The position numbers and the translations under genes were made by a program. A stretch of DNA of 64,000 nt from Octopus vulgaris (taxonomy: Eukaryota), in contig OX597818.1 of NCBI GenBank assembly GCA_951406725.2, forward strand, positions 144,646,001-144,710,000, written 5' to 3'. Shown one piece after another: positions 61,027-64,000 of this stretch. Positions within the stretch are counted from its first letter, which is position 1; each line of letters begins with the position of its first letter. Under the pieces are notes generated by a model. That model made no database searches and had not been told where the DNA came from. It worked only from the letters and a program-made list of their open reading frames with translations.

Positions 61027-63363
61027 TTACACACACATGCAAACACATTAATTTTACTAATTATATCTAATATGGATGCATACTTGCACATTTAAAGCGA
61101 ACAATTGGCGCCGTTGCACAGATTAAGGATGAATATTCAAGTTTATGTTGTTCATGTGTCGCCCCAGGTCACATGATCAATCGGACAAAAACCCGAGCAA
61201 ATAGGCTGAAACATTCTCCAACTCACTACTTTTGAAGCCCAACCTTCGTCTATTTTCTTCTCATGAACTCTCTAGAGTGGGCACTTCACCCCCCCCCCCT
61301 TGCTAACCTGAGTTATGGGGATTTTGTGGTTAAAAAGCTTTCTTCCCAACCATGTGGCCTTACGTTCAGTCCCACTGTGTGGTACCTTGGGCAAGTGTCT
61401 TCTTCAATGCCCACAAGCCGACCAACGTCTTGTGAGTGGCTTTGGTAGACTGAAACTGTAAGTAGTCCGTGGTATTTATGTATGTATGTGTGTATGTGTT
61501 TGTCTGTTTGTGTATGACTTGGGGTTTGTGTTTATCCCCCACCACTACTTTATAAACGGAGTTGGTTTGTTTACGACCCCGTACCTTAGCAGTTTGGTAA
61601 AAGTGACCTGTAGAATAAGTATCAAACTTTTAAAAATAAGTTCTGAGGTCAATTTGTTCGATCGAACCCTGCAAGGCGGTGCTTTAGTATAGCCACAGTC
61701 CAATGATTGAAACAAGTAAAAAATAAACGATGAAGATGAGGCCATGGTAGCTTTGAAGATGCCTTTTTCTCTTCCGTTAACGCTTAACATAGAATTGTAA
61801 TTTCCTGTCACTCTAGCGGAAAACATACTTGTTTCAATTGCAGCGTCTTCCCGTACATTTCAAAGTAAACCGAATTTGTTTGGAACGCTGTCTTCGTTTC
61901 TTCTTTGCTCCAGGTCATCCTTGACCCAGCAAACTTACGATCAATAGTGTACCGGCTATAACCATACCGTCCTTTTTATTCGAGTATTGGGTGTATAGGA
62001 CTACATTATCGAATTCGCTCTTCCGTCTTTTAAGATGATAATGTAAATATAACATCCGTCACTTTCGACAGTGATTTGTATTTAGTAGCTGAGTATTCCA
62101 CAAACACATGTACCCTTCTCGTAATTCTAAGGTAGAATCAGTGTGGCAATGTTTAACAAACCTGGCATTTTGAATAACCTGGCACGCTACACCTGATAGC
62201 TTTCCACGCATTTTCTATCAGTTTCACAAAGCTTGGGTCGACTGTGGGTTATGGAAGGAGATACTTGACCAAAACACCACGTAGTAGAATCGAACTCGGA
62301 ATTTCGTAATTGTGAAGCGAGCTTCTTAATCACTTGACCTTGCTTACGCCTGTAAGAGACAGATTTGTAAAATATTATGCGGCTGTCGAGCGACCGTATG
62401 CAGGTTCTTTCACTGGCACGGAATGCACGTGTTCACAGTTGATGAATATTCTTATGAAGAAAACAGGAAGCATTAATCCCGGCGAATTGGCAGAGTCGTC
62501 AGAGTTAAGGACAAAATACCTTGCGACATATGTTATGGATCTCTGAGCTCCAAATTCAAATCCCGTTAAATCCAACTTTGTCTTTCGTTCTTTCGGCGGG
62601 GAGGGGGCGATGAAATAAAGTATTAGCTCAGGGCAGTAAGATCGGCGGAAATACTTGAGTGTCGGACGAGATGTCTTGCTGTATTTGTACCGGTTGTTCT
62701 TATTCTGAAGTTATTGAGCGATAAACTTAATCTGCCGCCTGGTTTAACGCAACATGATCCTTGACTACCTGTAGCGGAGTTCTCTCTGTTGCAGACATTC
62801 GAGATAGACCTCTGGTTTGAAGATAGCCTTCCCAGAGGAGATAAAAAGTAAAGGGTCATGGGTGCTACGTTTCACAAAGCTCTAACTAAGCAGTAAAAGG
62901 AAATATAAAAGTTTCACTGTTCAAGATACTGCGGCTAAGCGATTACATTCTACGGGAGATGTGTTTGTACGTTTTATATCCAAGGACTTGGTGGGTTTGC
63001 ATACACACACACTAGCACACATATCATATATCTACAAAATGGAACTTGAAAGTTTGAAAAAATCGTGACGTGTGTCAGTATGTGTACGTGATCACTATTT
63101 ATTTTTTCAATATAGTTGTAATCTACACAATCTGAGAGGTACTTGTAGAAAATTTTATACGAAAATATCCATTTTTCTGAAAGCTATGAGGAAACAAAGT
63201 CGGGGGTGCACTTGTGTAGGTAAATCCTTAATTTATTCAGAAGGAAAAAAAAAACTAAGTTGACCTCGGCGGAATTTGAATTCAGAACGTAAAGATGACA
63301 AAATGCCACTGAGCAATTTTGTCCGGCGTGGCAACGATTCTAGAAACTCGCCGACTTAACAAC

Positions 63364-63422
<59 letters not shown>

Positions 63423-64000
63423 CAGCAGCAGCAGCACAAAACACATAGCACCTCTGGTCTCAATAAAATAAAACAATACAACCCGCGTACCGCGTACTCT
63501 ACCCACTCAAAACCCAATAAAATAACATCGCAAACTGTTACGTAATCGTCACACGATATTATAACATCCCGCACACCAGCAGCAATTTGCTCCACTTATA
63601 TCCTATAGAAGTTGAATAATACAGAGACGGATTAAGGCCAACTGATGGTCTAACCGCAAGCTACCACTCTCGAAACTTCTATTGTCTAAGTGACAAGATA
63701 TTAAGTCATATATAAGTGATGAATGTGAAATAATATAAACTACATACCACTTATGCAGTTTATGCACGCGTGTCACACAATTATGTAACACTTCACATGA
63801 AACACATTACATTATACAAACACTACTTGTCGCATAAGTATATATAATCACCGCCAAACAAAAATAACTAAAAAAAAATGGACCACCGCCAATTTCGACG
63901 ATGAGCATTCAGTTATTCGATGAATTGAACTAACTGATAATTGAAGTAGCGTGCAATTCATTGAGTATTTCACACACACGTGTACCCTTGACATGATCAT

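Overview
Eukaryotic, AT-rich, repeat-dense genomic DNA. The SINE families and microsatellite style suggest an octopus/cephalopod genome (inference). One protein-coding gene is present: PICK1 (PDZ + BAR/arfaptin domain; + strand), with nine clear GT-AG exons at 12322-31076 plus a phase-compatible candidate first exon at 8384-8448, giving about 422 aa. Downstream on the minus strand lie a 7SL/SRP RNA gene (35836-36134), a tRNA-Gly(GCC) gene (46548-46618) and a decayed tRNA-Gly copy. The rest is transposon-derived: RTE, CR1, L1/Tx1, R4-like and CRE-like LINE remnants, a Ty3/Gypsy pol remnant, solo LTRs, hAT, piggyBac and GG-terminal MITEs with TSDs, two Helitrons, a Tc1 fragment and many tRNA-derived SINEs. 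The most notable unannotated signal is at least five type I hammerhead-ribozyme folds from unrelated small repeats, probably Penelope-like or retrozyme elements (5037, 40723, 45695 minus, 49132, 55679). One has a swapped G3:C8 core (GUGAACA), and two other copies of that family fold back exactly at ribozyme stem II, one forming a 209-bp palindrome. All calls were read by eye; no searches or folding programs were run.
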